A stretch of DNA of 63,896 nt, counting the filler, from Platydemus manokwari (Eukaryota): assembly GCA_037951405.1 (NCBI GenBank). It is 6 parts of 6 records of this genome, joined end to end, with 100 filler letters (N's around TTAATTAATTAA, not from the genome) between each part and the next. Parts side by side here need not be neighbours in the genome. Positions count along the whole stretch, not along the records: positions 24,079 to 35,368 come from JBBMOY010794425.1; positions 35,469 to 45,065 come from JBBMOY011227876.1; 4 more parts are not named here. One strand, given 5' to 3'. Numbering within the stretch: the first letter of the stretch is position 1; each line of letters opens with the position of its first letter. The notes below the pieces were generated by a model. It had not been told where the DNA came from. It saw only the letters and a list, made by a program, of their open reading frames with translations, and searched no databases. The position numbers were made by a program, and so were the translations under genes. Shown here in pieces: positions 27,591-41,984 of this stretch.

Positions 27591-28760
27591 TTATCGATAT
27601 TTAAAATGAAAACATTGCAGATTATTGTTGATAAATTGGAGAAAAATGAGAAAGAAAAATCAAAAGAAATCGTAATATTAAAACAGGCTATAGTGGGACT
27701 GGAAAATGAAATTCGATTAATAAACAATCAACTGCAGACTATTAAGGAGCAAATGATAAAAGATGTAAGTCGATTCGAACAAATCAAGGATATCAAATGC
27801 TACTGAATGCTGTTTAAATCCACAAAAATGTTGCAGTTAACATTCGAGTATCCAAATTGATGGTGAAATGCCCCAATAAAGGTTGCCAAGCACAGATGGA
27901 ATTGAGATTGATAAAAAATCATTTGAATTATTTACTAATCGATCTGAGCGATGTGCTTATTTTAATATTGATTGCAAGCCATGTCAATCGATTAATGATA
28001 TATTGTATGTTTTGAAAATAGTAATTGACAAATTATTCGTTTAAAATATTGAATTAAAAATCAATTCATCGACAACAAAGGTAGAAATCAATTTTTTTAA
28101 AAATTATCGATAAAAAAAATTAAATCATTGCAGATTATTTTTCATAATTTGGAGATAATTAAGAAAGAAAAATCAAAAAGAAATCGTAATATTAAAAAAG
28201 GCTATGGTGAGAATGGAAAATGAAAATCGATTGATAAACAATCAACTGCAGACTATTTAGGAGGAAATGATTAAAGATGTCAGTCGATTCGAACAAATCA
28301 AGGAGATCAAATGCTACTAAATGCTGTTGAAATCCAGAAAAATGTTTCAGTTAACATTGGCGTGTCTGAATTGCTTGCGAAATGTCCGAATATCGGATGC
28401 GAAGCAGAGATGGAATTCAGATTGATGGTAAATCATTTGAATTTCACTAAATCTGAGCGATGTGCTTATTGTTGCAATCAATGTCAATCGTTAAATGATC
28501 TGAGAGTAGAATTTGATAAATTAACAGTTGAAAATAATCGATTAAATATCGATTCAACGGAAAAACAGGTAATCAATATTTGTTAAATTATCGATTTATA
28601 AAATGAAAACATTGCAGATTGCCTATGAGAATATTGAGAAAGAAAAAACAAATGAAATCCTATTATTAAAAATGAATATTGCGACTCTGGAAAATGAAAA
28701 TCGATTGGTAAAAGATGAACTGGAAACTCTGAAGAAGGAAATGAAAAAAGATGTATTTAT
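27591..28760 (+). pseudogene. ~2.3 tandem copies (~500-bp unit) of a decayed zinc-finger + coiled-coil (TRAF/RING-associated-like) gene segment
   Basis: Units start TTATCGAT at 27591, 28104 and 28588. Each carries a heptad segment like MKTLQI..LENE.RL. The first two also carry KCPNxGCxAxMExRLxxNHL...RCAY. Internal stops and frameshifts present. Confidence 0.55.
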
Positions 28761-31700
28761 TGTTTAAAATAAACGCTGAAAAATCAAACGATAATTTTTA
28801 AATAACATTCATATTTTTGTTATTATTTAAATATTTATAGAAAAATATGCAATCTAAATACCATTGTTTAATCTAAATACCATTGAAACAACAAAAAGGA
28901 AAAAATTCACAAAATATGTGGAACACGGAGGTCGTCAGATAATTATTAAACCCCGCGCGTTTTTGTTTTTTAGAGACCCAACAACTAAAGAAAGCACAAC
29001 AAACTTTTAAATGAAGTTATAATGATAAAAAGATGTTATTAAAAAGACAAAAAGTCTTAACTTAACAAAAATCAAATAAAGAAATAAGAAAAATCGCTTT
29101 TCACAAAGATATAAAAACAAAGAAAAAGCGTATAAATGCTAGCACATAATTTGTTATCAATACACTTAAATTTAGATTAATTTTTGTACGTAAATTGATA
29201 TTATACGATATCAACTCATTTCATTGTTATTGTGAAACTTATTATCAGAAGACATTACAAAGATTATACGTTATCAGCATTTTGTTACAATTATTACTTG
29301 AATTTCTCAAACCACATGTATTGAATCAATTGTACATATTTAGAGAAATACAATCAAGTAATTATTTTATTAATCGTTTCGTTGTCAACTAAGGCTATGT
29401 AAACGGTTTCGTGGAAAGATAAATGATCTAAATATTTTTAACACACAACAACTTCAACCTATTATTTTCTTTCGATTGTAAAGGTGGTGTGCAGATATCT
29501 TAGACGCCAAATGATAGAACCAATACAAAGATGCCAGATATCACACATGGTTGCTCGAGACAGAATAATAACAACTATTACTTAATCACTGTGCGGTATT
29601 TATATTTATTATTATTATTATTTATATTACTATGATACAAATAATGAAATAAAACAGTAAGGATACATATATTTAGAATATTCAAAAAGGTAAAAGGGTA
29701 AAATAAGAGTGATAAGGATATCAAAATATTAGAGTACATGATAAATACAAGGTATCACTGAATAGAACTGATTGTTGCAACAAATTAAGTTGCTGATTTT
29801 AGCATCAGCAACCTCAAAGCAACAAAGAAGCGAAACAAGAAAGTATAAGAACAGTTTTCATAATATTAATTAAAATTAGTGCAATAAAAATAAATATATT
29901 ATAACAACAAGCTCGCGCTTGTTTTCTATTCGAATCATTTATATTATTATATTGACAAATAAAGGATATATAACATAAAAAATTTACGTTTTTTTAACGG
30001 GCACTGAATACTGTTTATAAATCCATTATTTACCAATGAATTAAGAACGATAAGAGCGCTACAATTGAAATTTGTAACAACAACAAATGTAGTGTAAAAT
30101 GAAAGAATTATTAAAATAAAATAATCATGGCAAATTAATAATTCAATATAAGCAAAAAGGAAATGTTTTAAAAATTCTTTTTATTTAACAAATAAAGATT
30201 ATAAATAATAATATATCATATAATGACTATAAGTATAAAAATATAAGAAATAAAATAATAAATAAATAATGTAATGTTTATGATAATTATTATAAGATAT
30301 AAAAATATCAAAAGACGATGATTTGCCAACATTTAGGACAAAAATAACAGTCACTAACAAAACCCCTTTGGTACAAAAGAGAATAAAGGGCAAGCTAGAA
30401 GTAGAAGCACATAAACATTTTCAAGGAAGAACAGAAGTCAATGGAAGAGAGTAGGCAAGAGAAATGAAAAGCAATGGAAGAAAAAGTGACAAATTTAAAG
30501 AATTAATAATTGATGCAAAAAATAGGATAGAAGAAAGACAGGTCCCTATTCGACAGCAATGATACAAAGATGATAAATGTTGACGACCTAATAAAGGTGA
30601 AAGATACAATGGAAGAAAATAATAACTGGATGACAGAAGAGGAACAGTTAGTATGAGTGGAAGAAATTGATTTAAAACAACAGTGTATGAGAAGTGAACC
30701 AAAAGGAGTTATTGAAAAACTCGGAATATATCAGAACAAACTCAGATGTGGATATAGACAGTCTAATACCCTGCTTACATCATTTTATCCCGCTTTTCAT
30801 CATTAGGAGACCAATAGATGGATAAAATAAACATCTATTAACAAAAGATTGACTTATGAAATCAAAAGACCAAATGGAAATATAACTAAAGATTATTAAT
30901 AAACTTATTTTGGTTTACTAAATTTACGTTTAGACTTGCTGCAAATAGAAATCAAATAAGCTACTTTTAGATAACCCATATCATTATTTCGTTAACATCG
31001 TCTTCAGACGTGTTACTGACGACCTCTAGCACCAGCGAGAGGTAAAATTAAAACATTCAAACTACTAAAATTGTTTAATAAAAATAAATGCGTGAGTGAC
31101 GATCAAATATTCATCCAAAAACTAAGATGAAATCTTACTGATAAAAAGTACAATTTTCTATCAAAATACAAATAATTTTCGGTGACATTTATCAATCGAC
31201 GATATATTTATTGGATCGGTAAGAATATATTTTTGGAAATTTTTTTATTTATTGATAAATATCGTATTACATCTAGCTAAAACAGACGATTCAAAAGTAC
31301 TAATCAAGTTCTCCTTATACATTTTTGAAAATTAAATTGATTTGAGTTCAAATCTTGATTATAAATTGCTTTGAGATTGAACATAAGTATTGTAATCAAA
31401 TCAGTTTTTGATTGATTTTAATAAATTTATAAATTATCACCTAAATCACAGTATATATATTGATTATATTCTTGCTATAGTTAAAGTGCTAGACAAAGAC
31501 GCTAAGAACATACGCTGTTGAGTTTCCATATACTAAAAGCAAAAACTTATTAAACAATATTTTCAAATGGATTACTGCTTATTCGCGCTGAACAATTATT
31601 TTATAACTTTTTGTTTTAAAATATAAATTTTTATCTTACTTTGCGCGATTTTGGTTTTAAGTTTGTGAAGTAGCTTGATTTGAGTGATTGTCTGATTGAA

Positions 31701-33021
31701 TTTATTTGCAATTTTGAAGTTGGTTATAGAATAATATTTAAACGCAAATTATATATACAGCTTTCTAACATTTTATTTGCAGACTTTTTGGGACATTAGC
31801 TGGCAGAAAACTACCATAACATTAATGGCTTTAATACAAAATCTAAAACCTCAATATTAGGAGGTACAAGAAGATTTATAACTGTCACCAATAAACAAGG
31901 TTTAATATGGTTTGCTGCAAGAGAGCAAGCGAATTTTGAGAAAGCATGGCATAAAATTCAAGGAAGCTGATGATGTCTTGTACATATATCAGAAGGACAA
32001 TTGGCAGCGAATACATAACTATACATTATATGAAATGGCATTTTACGTATTATTATGCACTTTAATATAATCAGTAAAGGTATTTTGATGATATTCACCT
32101 GTTTCAATATATTATTGACAATAATAAATTACAAGAACAAAATCAATTCAGAATAATATGATATCAATGATTGAATTTGTGATTTATATAATTGAGGCTA
32201 ATGACATGAAATTGAATTGAAAATATTGAATAACATAAAAACAAACAAGATTTCAAATTCGGTATATACAATTAAAATCATTAATTTTAAGACAGACCAA
32301 TCAAATTATAAGCAATGGGTTTTATTGGAAAGTCGCACCGAAATTGAAGTGAAACCAAAGTTTGAAACGAAATTTAAATAAAACTAACTAATAAATCTTC
32401 AGCCCCTTTGATATAATTGATTAAAGTTTATAACTACATATTCTAATAATTTGCTAATTGTGCAGAATGATAATTCCAATATTATAGGCAATCAACAATT
32501 GGTAAATATTATTTATAATTTTACACTTTCACATCAGGTTTAGTGTATTCCATATATATACATTACATAAATCAGGTATAATAGTATAATTAGTGACTAC
32601 AGCTTATCGAAAATGTTACATTATTATGAATTCTTAATTATGAATTTGAGTAAATTCGGTTAATATCACTATTTTTCCTGGAAAAAGTGGAGTGACATTA
32701 TGAGTTCGACTTTAAAGAAATTAAGATAAAACGATGAATACCGAACTAAATGAATTAAGATATTAAAACATGAAACAAAATTCGGAAATTACGTAACAAA
32801 ACAATTCTGGAATAAAAATAGTCCTAAAGCCAATAGTAGAGATAGTTAATAGAAACAATCAATATTGAACAATAAGCATTACGAATTAACTTTTGATAAA
32901 TTATTTATAGATATTGAGAATTGTCTTATTTGAAAAATAAAAGTAACATGTGATAAGTGTGAATTATTTAAAACAAAATGCATACTTATCATAATTCGCA
33001 TAAATTAGAAGAGCTAATATA

Positions 33022-33210
33022 ATGTCTTATATAATTGAACATTTTGTTTGGGGGGAAATTATAAAAAAATCACTGCGTGAGCATCCAAAAATATTAGCCT
33101 TACAACAATCTCTGATTGGGAGACATCAAAAACATCATGGCTTACGTGCAATTGAGGAAAAATGCAGAAATTGTATTAAAAAGATGTGGAGTGGACTAAA
33201 TGAGCGATGA
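33022..33210 (+). mobile_element. Possible Tc1-family transposase C-terminal remnant
   Basis: IEHFVWGEIIKKSL resembles the NPIEHxWxxLK region after the catalytic Glu. Highly decayed. Confidence 0.3.
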
Positions 33211-35036
33211 TGAAACTGAGTGATACTAGCTCACTAAACTTAGTAAATATAGGAGGAAGAGAATGCAGCAGAAAATACATTAATGACGAGAATTTGAGGG
33301 TAATTAGAACATACAAGAGATAAAACAATCAATCAAAAGAGGGGAATACAAACAACAGCAACAGATGTGGAACTTCTGGAATAGACGCTTGAATAAAATT
33401 AATCGACGTGCAAATCTATAATTCATCATTATGAAAATATTCTGATCTGTGTAAATATTTAACAATATAATTTCGATTATATCTTATCTTTATTAATATT
33501 TGATTTTTACCTACAATATAATGTATATCTTTGAATAAATTGATATATTGGATTATATATGTATAGATATAACATTTTATGAACATTCTGGTAGGTATGC
33601 CAGTACCAAACCGATATTCATATATAAATGAATATTATAATAAAACAATATTTAAGCACCAGCGGTTTCTAATTTAATATTGAATAATATTTTGATTTAA
33701 ATAAAAGCATTAATCGAAATGACTTTGTTATTTGATTTTTAAATAAGGAATAAAGGGATTTTAGTTTTCGACCAAAGATTGATTAAAGAAATAGAACCGA
33801 GTTTGCATTGTTGAGCATTTATATTGCTAAAATATAGAAATACAAAAATATCAATTAACATTATTAAATAATTAATTCGATAGTTAAACTTTCTAACCGA
33901 AAATTGGTCAGATATTTTCAATATTAGGAAGTATCGCTTAAATATTTTTCTTTTTATTTGAAGTCATACGCAATTGTTTTGGAAACTAAATCAATCAGTG
34001 TAGTATAAATTAAATTAATCACTTATTTTCTATATATAACAATTTATTTATTTCAGAGATTTAGTATGTATATAGAAAATAATAAGATTAAAATTAATGA
34101 AATTTTAGTGATACCGTTAATTTCGAATTTTTTAGAATTTTCATAAATACAAATTACTTTATAACTTTTTCCAAGATGGTTCGAGGTAACTAAAAACATA
34201 CGCAATACAAAAACACGTCGTCTGATAAGCATTTGTTAAATAATTTAATCACAAATTTGAATTGAAATAATTTTGAAATGGCCACTAAAATTTAAACAAC
34301 ATTTCTTAAAAATTTATTCATTGGAAAAAATAATGTTACTTGTTTATGAAAATAAGGGATTGCAAAAAGGAGACAGATATTGCAATTCATTGTTTGTATT
34401 TTTATTTTTTATATAATGTCAAAAAAATCTTTCTTGTTTATCATTGTATTTAACATGTATTTTGATTTATGTTTTTAAATTACCATACATATTTATATTT
34501 GAAGTTCTGATTCTATGAAACATTTAGCATAGAAACATTATCTGAATTTTAATTTGTGATTAACTCTTATGATAATATTCATCAGTATTCAATTGAATTG
34601 AACATAATTTAAATCTTGGTTTAAATTATGTGTTTATATAATTTTAAAGTAATATGAAATAACAACTTTATTTTGAATTTTTTAATATCTGTTTGAAACA
34701 TCTTTTGTTATAATATTTGTCAAATGATATTTTAGAGATTGCGAGTTCTATTATTTAGATCACAAATAGAGTGGCCAAATATCAGCTTAAATTCATGACT
34801 CGATTCTACTTTGTCAACATAATTAACTTTGGGTTAATAGCATTTACTCGAGAAGAATTTATTCTCTTACATATACTCGATTAACAAAGTTTTTATAATA
34901 TATAAAGATTTTTATTCTGAGATGTAAAATAACTATTGGTGTCACTTAACTTTCGCCCACCAGTTACTTTTACAAAAAGAAAGACAAGTGAGCCCACGCA
35001 GTTATGGATTTATCCTATTTATTTAAGTGAATGCTC

Positions 35037-35222
35037 TGTTGGGGTTTTATAAGATATGATGGGAGTAAATGAAATTAAAACGAAATTTTGGTGTTATAAA
35101 GATATAAAGTTCGGATTTAATATAATATGAAGGTAGATTGCGATTTGGCTTCCAACAGAATAGAGACAATCAGATACGCAGGAAGTGTTCAAATCACTCT
35201 CAAACTATAATAATAATAATAT
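35037..35222. repeat. Short LTR-like repeat family D, copy 2
   Basis: TGTTGGGG...TCCAACA (35037-35157). Homologous to 14107-14288. Confidence 0.65.
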
Positions 35223-35368
35223 TGTTGGGAAAGCGCCTCCAACACCCCAAGTACATCTCACTATCAAGCCCCAGCTACAGCCACAAATGCTAGTGAGAGA
35301 ATCGAATTGGATCAGGATGGCAACTGGGATGGAACGGTTTATCGTGGGGATAAGCCCGAGAAGGTTGG

Positions 35369-35468
35369 NNNNNNNNNNNNNNNNNNNNNNNNNNNNNNNN
35401 NNNNNNNNNNNNTTAATTAATTAANNNNNNNNNNNNNNNNNNNNNNNNNNNNNNNNNNNNNNNNNNNN
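35369..35468. other. Assembly gap with linker
   Basis: N block with TTAATTAATTAA. Confidence 0.97.
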
Positions 35469-36149
35469 TCATTATATATAATAAGATAAACTCACAACTA
35501 ATATTTTTATACGATTGGTTTTCATTCTTGTCTCTTATGCAGATTTGATTTCAACTTAAAATAATTAATGGAAGGAGATATTCGACACCTCATCTAATAT
35601 GCATTCATGTTATCATAATTCAGTAACGCTACTTTACATAGTTTATCTTGTACTCGTATGTTTAAAGTACATGTCTATTATGTTTATCATTAAATAAATT
35701 TGACGATAATTTCAATTTTAATTTTCATAATAATTTATTAGTTTGATGTATTTGTACTTTTTCAATGCAAAATTTTATTATGTCAATCTTAAAACTCATT
35801 GCTGTTAATTTAAAGGTATTATTATACTGATCGAACCCGTTTGATAATTCTGGTTTAATAGACTTTTATCCAAATAATTATCGGCCATATACATATACAT
35901 ATTCATATACATATTCGAAATTAACGGTGGTCGACCAATGTCGATGTTGATTCCATTGGTTTCAGCTCGGCTCATTTGTATTGTATTCTCGGTTTGTGCT
36001 TATTTTTTTCTAGCATTTCTATGGGATACATCTGGTTGTTTCTATGGCATGGAAGTTTCTGGCTTTCTGTATTAAAATTGTTATTTTTATAACAGATATA
36101 ATTTAGATTCTGTTTTTAAAAAAGTGCATTTTGGATTCCAAAAGTATTA

Positions 36150-37400
36150 ATATAATATTTGATGTGAAATGTGTTATAATTAATTTATCAATATGTTCTT
36201 TTATCAAATATACCAATATTTATTAATATAATGATATATTTCATATTTATTAACAATAAATCCATGTGTGTGCATAAATGATATTTGTTTATTATTATTA
36301 TCATAATAATTATTATTATGACATTGTTATCTTATATGTTCTATATCTGCTCTTCATTATTATTGATCTAATATATAGAAAATATTTTTTTATAAACCAG
36401 CTTTCTTATCAGCGCTGCAAATTATAGTTCCATTAATTAATTTTCGTATTTTATAAATTATTATACATAACATTTAATAGTGATATCAATTATCAATATA
36501 TTTTATTATTAACATTATTGATTATAGACAACATTTCCAACCAGTGTCACTGGGAGCCATACACAGCCTCCTCCAAATCAAATGCTCTGGTGAGATCTAA
36601 ATGGCTGTTTATCAATTGTTTCTTAATTGACATGAGAATTTTTCCTGAGAAATAATTCAAATCATGATGATGATAATAATAATTCGTTTGTCTTTATTTG
36701 TTTCATTCTCTTTGTATTCTATTTGATATTCTATTTTTATTGATCTCCATGAAAATAATTATTCATTTCATAACACATTGAATAAACGGTCAATAAAAGG
36801 TTATAACAATAGACGACAGTCTGTAGGTACTTCAGTTTTGAAGAACATTGTTGTAAGCTCCATTATATAAGTATATCATATCAATCATATCATAGCGATC
36901 ATCATAGTCTAATGTTTCAATAATACAAATAATCTTCAAATATTGATGATATACCTCCTTAACATTTGGTCTCATGTTGATATCATGATCAATGTATAAC
37001 AAATTCGATTTGATATTCATTATTTCGTTGTGGTCTTTTTGGTGTAAGAAATTTATTTGTTGTATGTTTGAAGTTATCAATAACATTTTTTATGTAAATA
37101 TCAATATGCTCTTAATCTGGTTAAGGAATTTCCAAATGATCTTGTTCTTTATTTCAAAACGGGCATTATTGTAAGCTTATTAAGCTATTTTTATTCTATT
37201 GCATTGTTTTGAAGATTTCGAAAATCTTTTTATTCAAAAGATATTTTATTCTCTTTTATCTATTTGTTTCATTGAAGACAGGAATTTAGATTGGGTAATG
37301 AATTCATGATTATTATTATTGAAATACAATTTTTTTGATTTTTTGTATGCCAATGATTGTTTTGTGAATAATTTTCTAGCATGAATCATTTATTTTTATT
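36150..37400 (-). mobile_element. Decayed non-LTR retrotransposon (LINE) ORF2 remnant
   Basis: In the expected order on the - strand: KIIWKFLN (~37120-37150), YRLSSI (like YRPISL, ~36810-36830), LDLTRAFD (RT motif DLxKAFD, ~36577-36600) and ICSADK (like FADD, ~36405-36425). Boundaries approximate. Confidence 0.55.
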
Positions 37401-39009
37401 AAGATAAAATGTCATCATTATTAAATATGTAACACGCTGTTTACAAATTTGTCAGTAGATAATAAATTTCTTCATAAACTATTCATCATTAATTACTAAT
37501 AAAATTTGCTAATTGGAATAACTAATTTCTTACAGTATTTCATGACAAACAGTGTGGTTGCAATTATTAACTTTTATCATAATGATTAATTAAGTGTTGT
37601 TGTATATTATAATTTTGTGAATTATTTTCGCAAAACTCATAACGACTTCTCAATGGTTTGAAGAGAAATTATTTCTTTAATAAAAGACGTTTTCATTTCA
37701 ATCAATATTTGTCTAAAAATGAATTCTAAAATTAGAATTTATTAATATTATATAGAAGATTGATTTGTATTTGTTAAATTTTTCTTTAATATACTTACAA
37801 ATTTTCAATTGATTTTTCTATCTATCTAATTTGAGTTGATATAAACAATCTTTCGATTTTTATTTTGTCAAAGTTAAAATACTGTTTTAATAATAACTCA
37901 GATATCATTATTAGTTTTAATGTTACTATTGATGTGGCTCTTGTTAAAATGATCGCACATTTCCATATGGTATCTATATACACTATTGTATTTCATATGT
38001 TATTATTCTAATAATAGATGCGATTCTTTCTACTAGAATAAAGTGTTTGCATACAGAATATTGATTTTTCTAATAAGTAAGAAATAAATATTATCCATAA
38101 TTAATCATCTAGATCGTATAATAATCACCTGATAAGATCATGTGATAAATACATGAATATCGTCAGTTTGTTAATTGGTCTTCAAGATAAATATATAAGA
38201 TTATCACCGTCTCCCTAATCGACATAAAATTACTTGTGGATTAACCTTAACTTGTCCACATACTTGAAATAATGCAATAAAATTCTGGCTTCAAATATTC
38301 TTAGTATTTTCAACCTGATCAAATCTTAAGGAAATTAATATCACAGAATGTGAATTAGATTACTAGATCTTAAAAATAAGTTTATTATTAAATATATGTC
38401 GTGATGGGATTGCTGGGTTGTGTAAGATGTTGTGTTGTTCGTTTAACTCGACAGCGTGAGTTCTTTAATTTGGTTAGAGATCAATAACAAACGAATAATT
38501 TCTTTATAAATTTTATTTATAAGTGATAAACCAAAAATTACAATAAAATTGACTCAAACAATTTAACTTAGATAAATACCTTAAATAAACAAATGGGTGA
38601 AGTAAGAACTTAGTTATTTTGATATATATTTTAAAATATAAACCCCAAAGATAGATCCTTCAGAGTTGAGTGTAAAAATTTAATATTTTTTAGTTACAAA
38701 AAATTATGAATTATATAAATATTATTTATCTTTTACCAAAAGTGCTTTGTCTTTTTACCGAATAGTATTGTTCAAAAAAATATCAAATAATCAGAGTCGC
38801 TTCACATTTTAAGTTTGGTTTTATGGGTACGGCGGAATTTGGCTTTACGGGTGCAGCTAGTCTTAGTTATGTAGCGGGTTTTTGATGTCTTATGGGCGGT
38901 GTCGTTGGTTCCACATTTGCATTGACGACGTTATACGCTACATCGATTGGAGAAGTCACATCATTTAAATTTCAATTTGACGCACTGTGGAAGATTATCT
39001 GGTGCAGAA

Positions 39010-39568
39010 GACCAATACTCTTGTAAAATACTGATCTATATTATGTATCGTATCATTTTATTCCTATTATCGAGTTTGTTGCTCAAAAATCGTAAAGGTA
39101 ACCGGTTTCTCTCCAAGAGAGTGGAGTTTATTAACCGTCAACTTAATCTAGGAGTTGTAAGGTTCGTCTTTAGTGTAATTTGACGTATAGTGTAGTTTTA
39201 AAAATTAATCTGTAATTTTTATTTTATGTTAATCAGTTTTGTATTGGTGTTATATTTACTAAACATTTGTAGCATTAAATTTTAGTTCTTAATTATATAG
39301 GGATTGTGAAGTCAATTATTCATAACCATTGTAATAAATATAGTTAACAGTTTAAATAGGGTTAAGTGTTTTGAGACTAATAATTAAATTACTTCCACAC
39401 ATATTGTCTTCACACAATAAGGGTGTGTGAGGTGAAGGAACATCAATATAAGGTAGATTACATCTGTGGCCTTAATCAAGAGCACATAGAGACTGATTAA
39501 GACAGTAGTGATATCAAATAACATTAAGCTTAGTAAAACAATAAATTCAATAAGGCCCGAACGTAACA
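39010..39568 (+). repeat. Dispersed repeat family B (LTR-like, ends GTAACA)
   Basis: About 550 bp collinear with 41985-42524. Other copies at 8195-8460 (-), ~55190-55330 (+, partial) and ~60420-60560 (-). Confidence 0.75.
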
Positions 39569-39833
39569 TACTATTGTGGGGTTTGGGACTAAAACAATTT
39601 TGTAAAAAGACAATGATCTGATAATGATTGTGTGTCAATGTATGTATGCCTGAAATAATATTGAATATTTTAATGTAAAATTGTATGAAATGATATTGGA
39701 TATTTTTGTGTAAAAATTCCAGAAGTTCCGCGGATGATATAAATAAAATACAATATAAATAAAATTCGAAATAATAATGTAAAACCAGTTTAAAATATCT
39801 GTTAAAATCCTTTAAAAATTTCCCTTTTAAAAG

Positions 39834-40585
39834 GGGCTCGGGTTCCGAATAGCGACTCTCAATAAAGCGACTTCACAATAACTATTTTAATAAAACGGCG
39901 TCTATCACAATAACGATTGTATTATAAGAGCTATTGTCATAACAGCGACATATTGACAAATTTTGATTTAAGGAAACTGACCAGATTAGTAAATGAAATT
40001 TTTAGCATTGTACAAATTACCAATAAATTAGGTGTTTCTAAATATTGTATAAGACAAAACCGAAAAATTATTGGAGGAAGACCACGTATTCTAGCAAAAA
40101 GAGAAGAAACACGCCTATTACACCAATACGAATGTGGCAAATTAGAAAACAGTACTTTCGGCACTGTTTTTGTGAGAAAAAAATTTGAAAAAATTGTGTC
40201 GTCATCGTTAATTAGAGAAAAGGTTAAACATTCTTTCGAACTTATCTCACAAAGCTAACACAAACATATAAACACGCACATTAATAATTAACTATTTAAC
40301 AAAAATTTATACGACCTTTTGATTATATTTTATTCTAAAATCATTTCAAAAAGCAATACAACCAAACTCGTAGATACCAACTCGAAAACACAAGCTATTA
40401 AAACATAGGCTTGGACCTTGCGAGCACATGTATCTTATTCTGTCCAGTTGATAATAAAGTCGCTAATGTAACAGTCGCCGTTTATAAAACAGTCACCATT
40501 ATGACAATCGCTGTAGTGACAGACGCTGTTTTCTTAAAATCGCTATTGTGCAGTCCATTGGTAGTCATTATCCAGCCCGGAGCCC
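39834..40585 (+). mobile_element. Non-autonomous DNA transposon with ~120-bp sub-repeated TIRs and an internal HTH/GRPR transposase fragment
   Basis: Ends GGGCTC...GAGCCC. TIRs built from ~15-bp AATAGCGACT-like units, inverted at the right end (AGTCGC). The internal frame reads SIVQITNKLGVSKYCI...GGRPRILAKREETRL. Confidence 0.7.
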
Positions 40586-41984
40586 AATAAAAATATTCAA
40601 TAAAAATAATAATAATAACTAATCCCACAGTAAATTAAGCTATAACCAATTTTAGTGCACAATAAATTAAATATTCAGTCAGAATAAAATAAAATAGCTA
40701 TGTATTTAATCGCAGAGAATTTATTTAACAGTTAAGACACAGTAAGCACAAATAGGACACAATTAGGACTGCGGTTTAGAAGCGGGATAATACGTAACAT
40801 CAGTAATACGATCCATCGAAACGGTAGAAGATTCAATTGCATAAGAGATCCAAAATTTTTATATGCCCAGTACCCTTACTGAAGATCTCAACGCCATAGG
40901 AAGATTAAGTAAGATCCAAATATTGTAAAATCATCAATAATTAAAAAAATCTCATATTATTCCTATTTATAGGGTCTGATTCCATCCATAATATTTGATT
41001 TTATTCTTCTTAGGAGTTCATTAATATTTAGTTGCTTCTGGAATTGTGTTTAAATATTCTACATGTATGTGTTTAAAATAATTCAAAACTTAATTTTTAT
41101 TTAGTGTATATTTGTTTTTGAACCATTTTATTAGATTTATATTTGTTGTTTTAATAATACAAGCGTGTTTAAGCCATGAAGTTGTTGGAATATTAAATCG
41201 TCAAGTGCCATAAGGTTCCACAATCATTTCCGTAAATAATATCATCAAAATCATCTGATCACCTTTTTGGCAAGATACAGTTGAGGTAGTTAAATGTTAA
41301 AAGATAATATAAAATCAATAAAGCAGTGTGTAGAGCCACTTATCCCTTCTTCATACGAGGTTTAGAATTTATCGAGTCGATGGAACAACACAATATTAGG
41401 TTTTTTGATTACTTGTGGGTCATTAGAACTCTAGAGCACTGATAAGACTTAGATATTGCGTAAGAGTTTAAAGAGAAAAGAAAACTAGTAAAATTAAAAT
41501 AAAGCAAAGAGTCAAAATCAACACTATTTTTTTTACTTATTTTGTCGCTAGTCACGCCTCTGTTTATTTTAAATTTTTTATTGAAAATATAGCCTGTTTT
41601 AGTTTTAATATTTTAATGTTTATTCTATGACTATTCTAATATTTTATTTTATCAAACTATTTTTTTTCAATATTCCCACTTACTTATTTTATATGGATTA
41701 ATTAATTTTATTATTTTATTTTATTTTCAATATTATTTAATTTTTAAAAAAAGAAGATATTAATGAAAACACGAGTAAATTGATTGCAGGATTTGATTTG
41801 AAAGGCAGCAGTTACAATTACCAAGGTCAATTTTTTGGATACACATTTTTGGACACATTAATATCAGATTAACTGTTACAGCAAGCTCGATAATATCAAC
41901 TTTGAGATTGCGATCCAGTAAAAACTAAGAAGATCATTTTATGCTGGCGATCAAAATTCCAACTATGCCCAGTATTTTAAAGCA

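Noticed and set aside
30975-31015. CTGAAGA...GAAA on the - strand resembling a minimal hammerhead ribozyme core
   Set aside because: No convincing stems I-III could be drawn. An Infernal or RNAmotif search would be needed.
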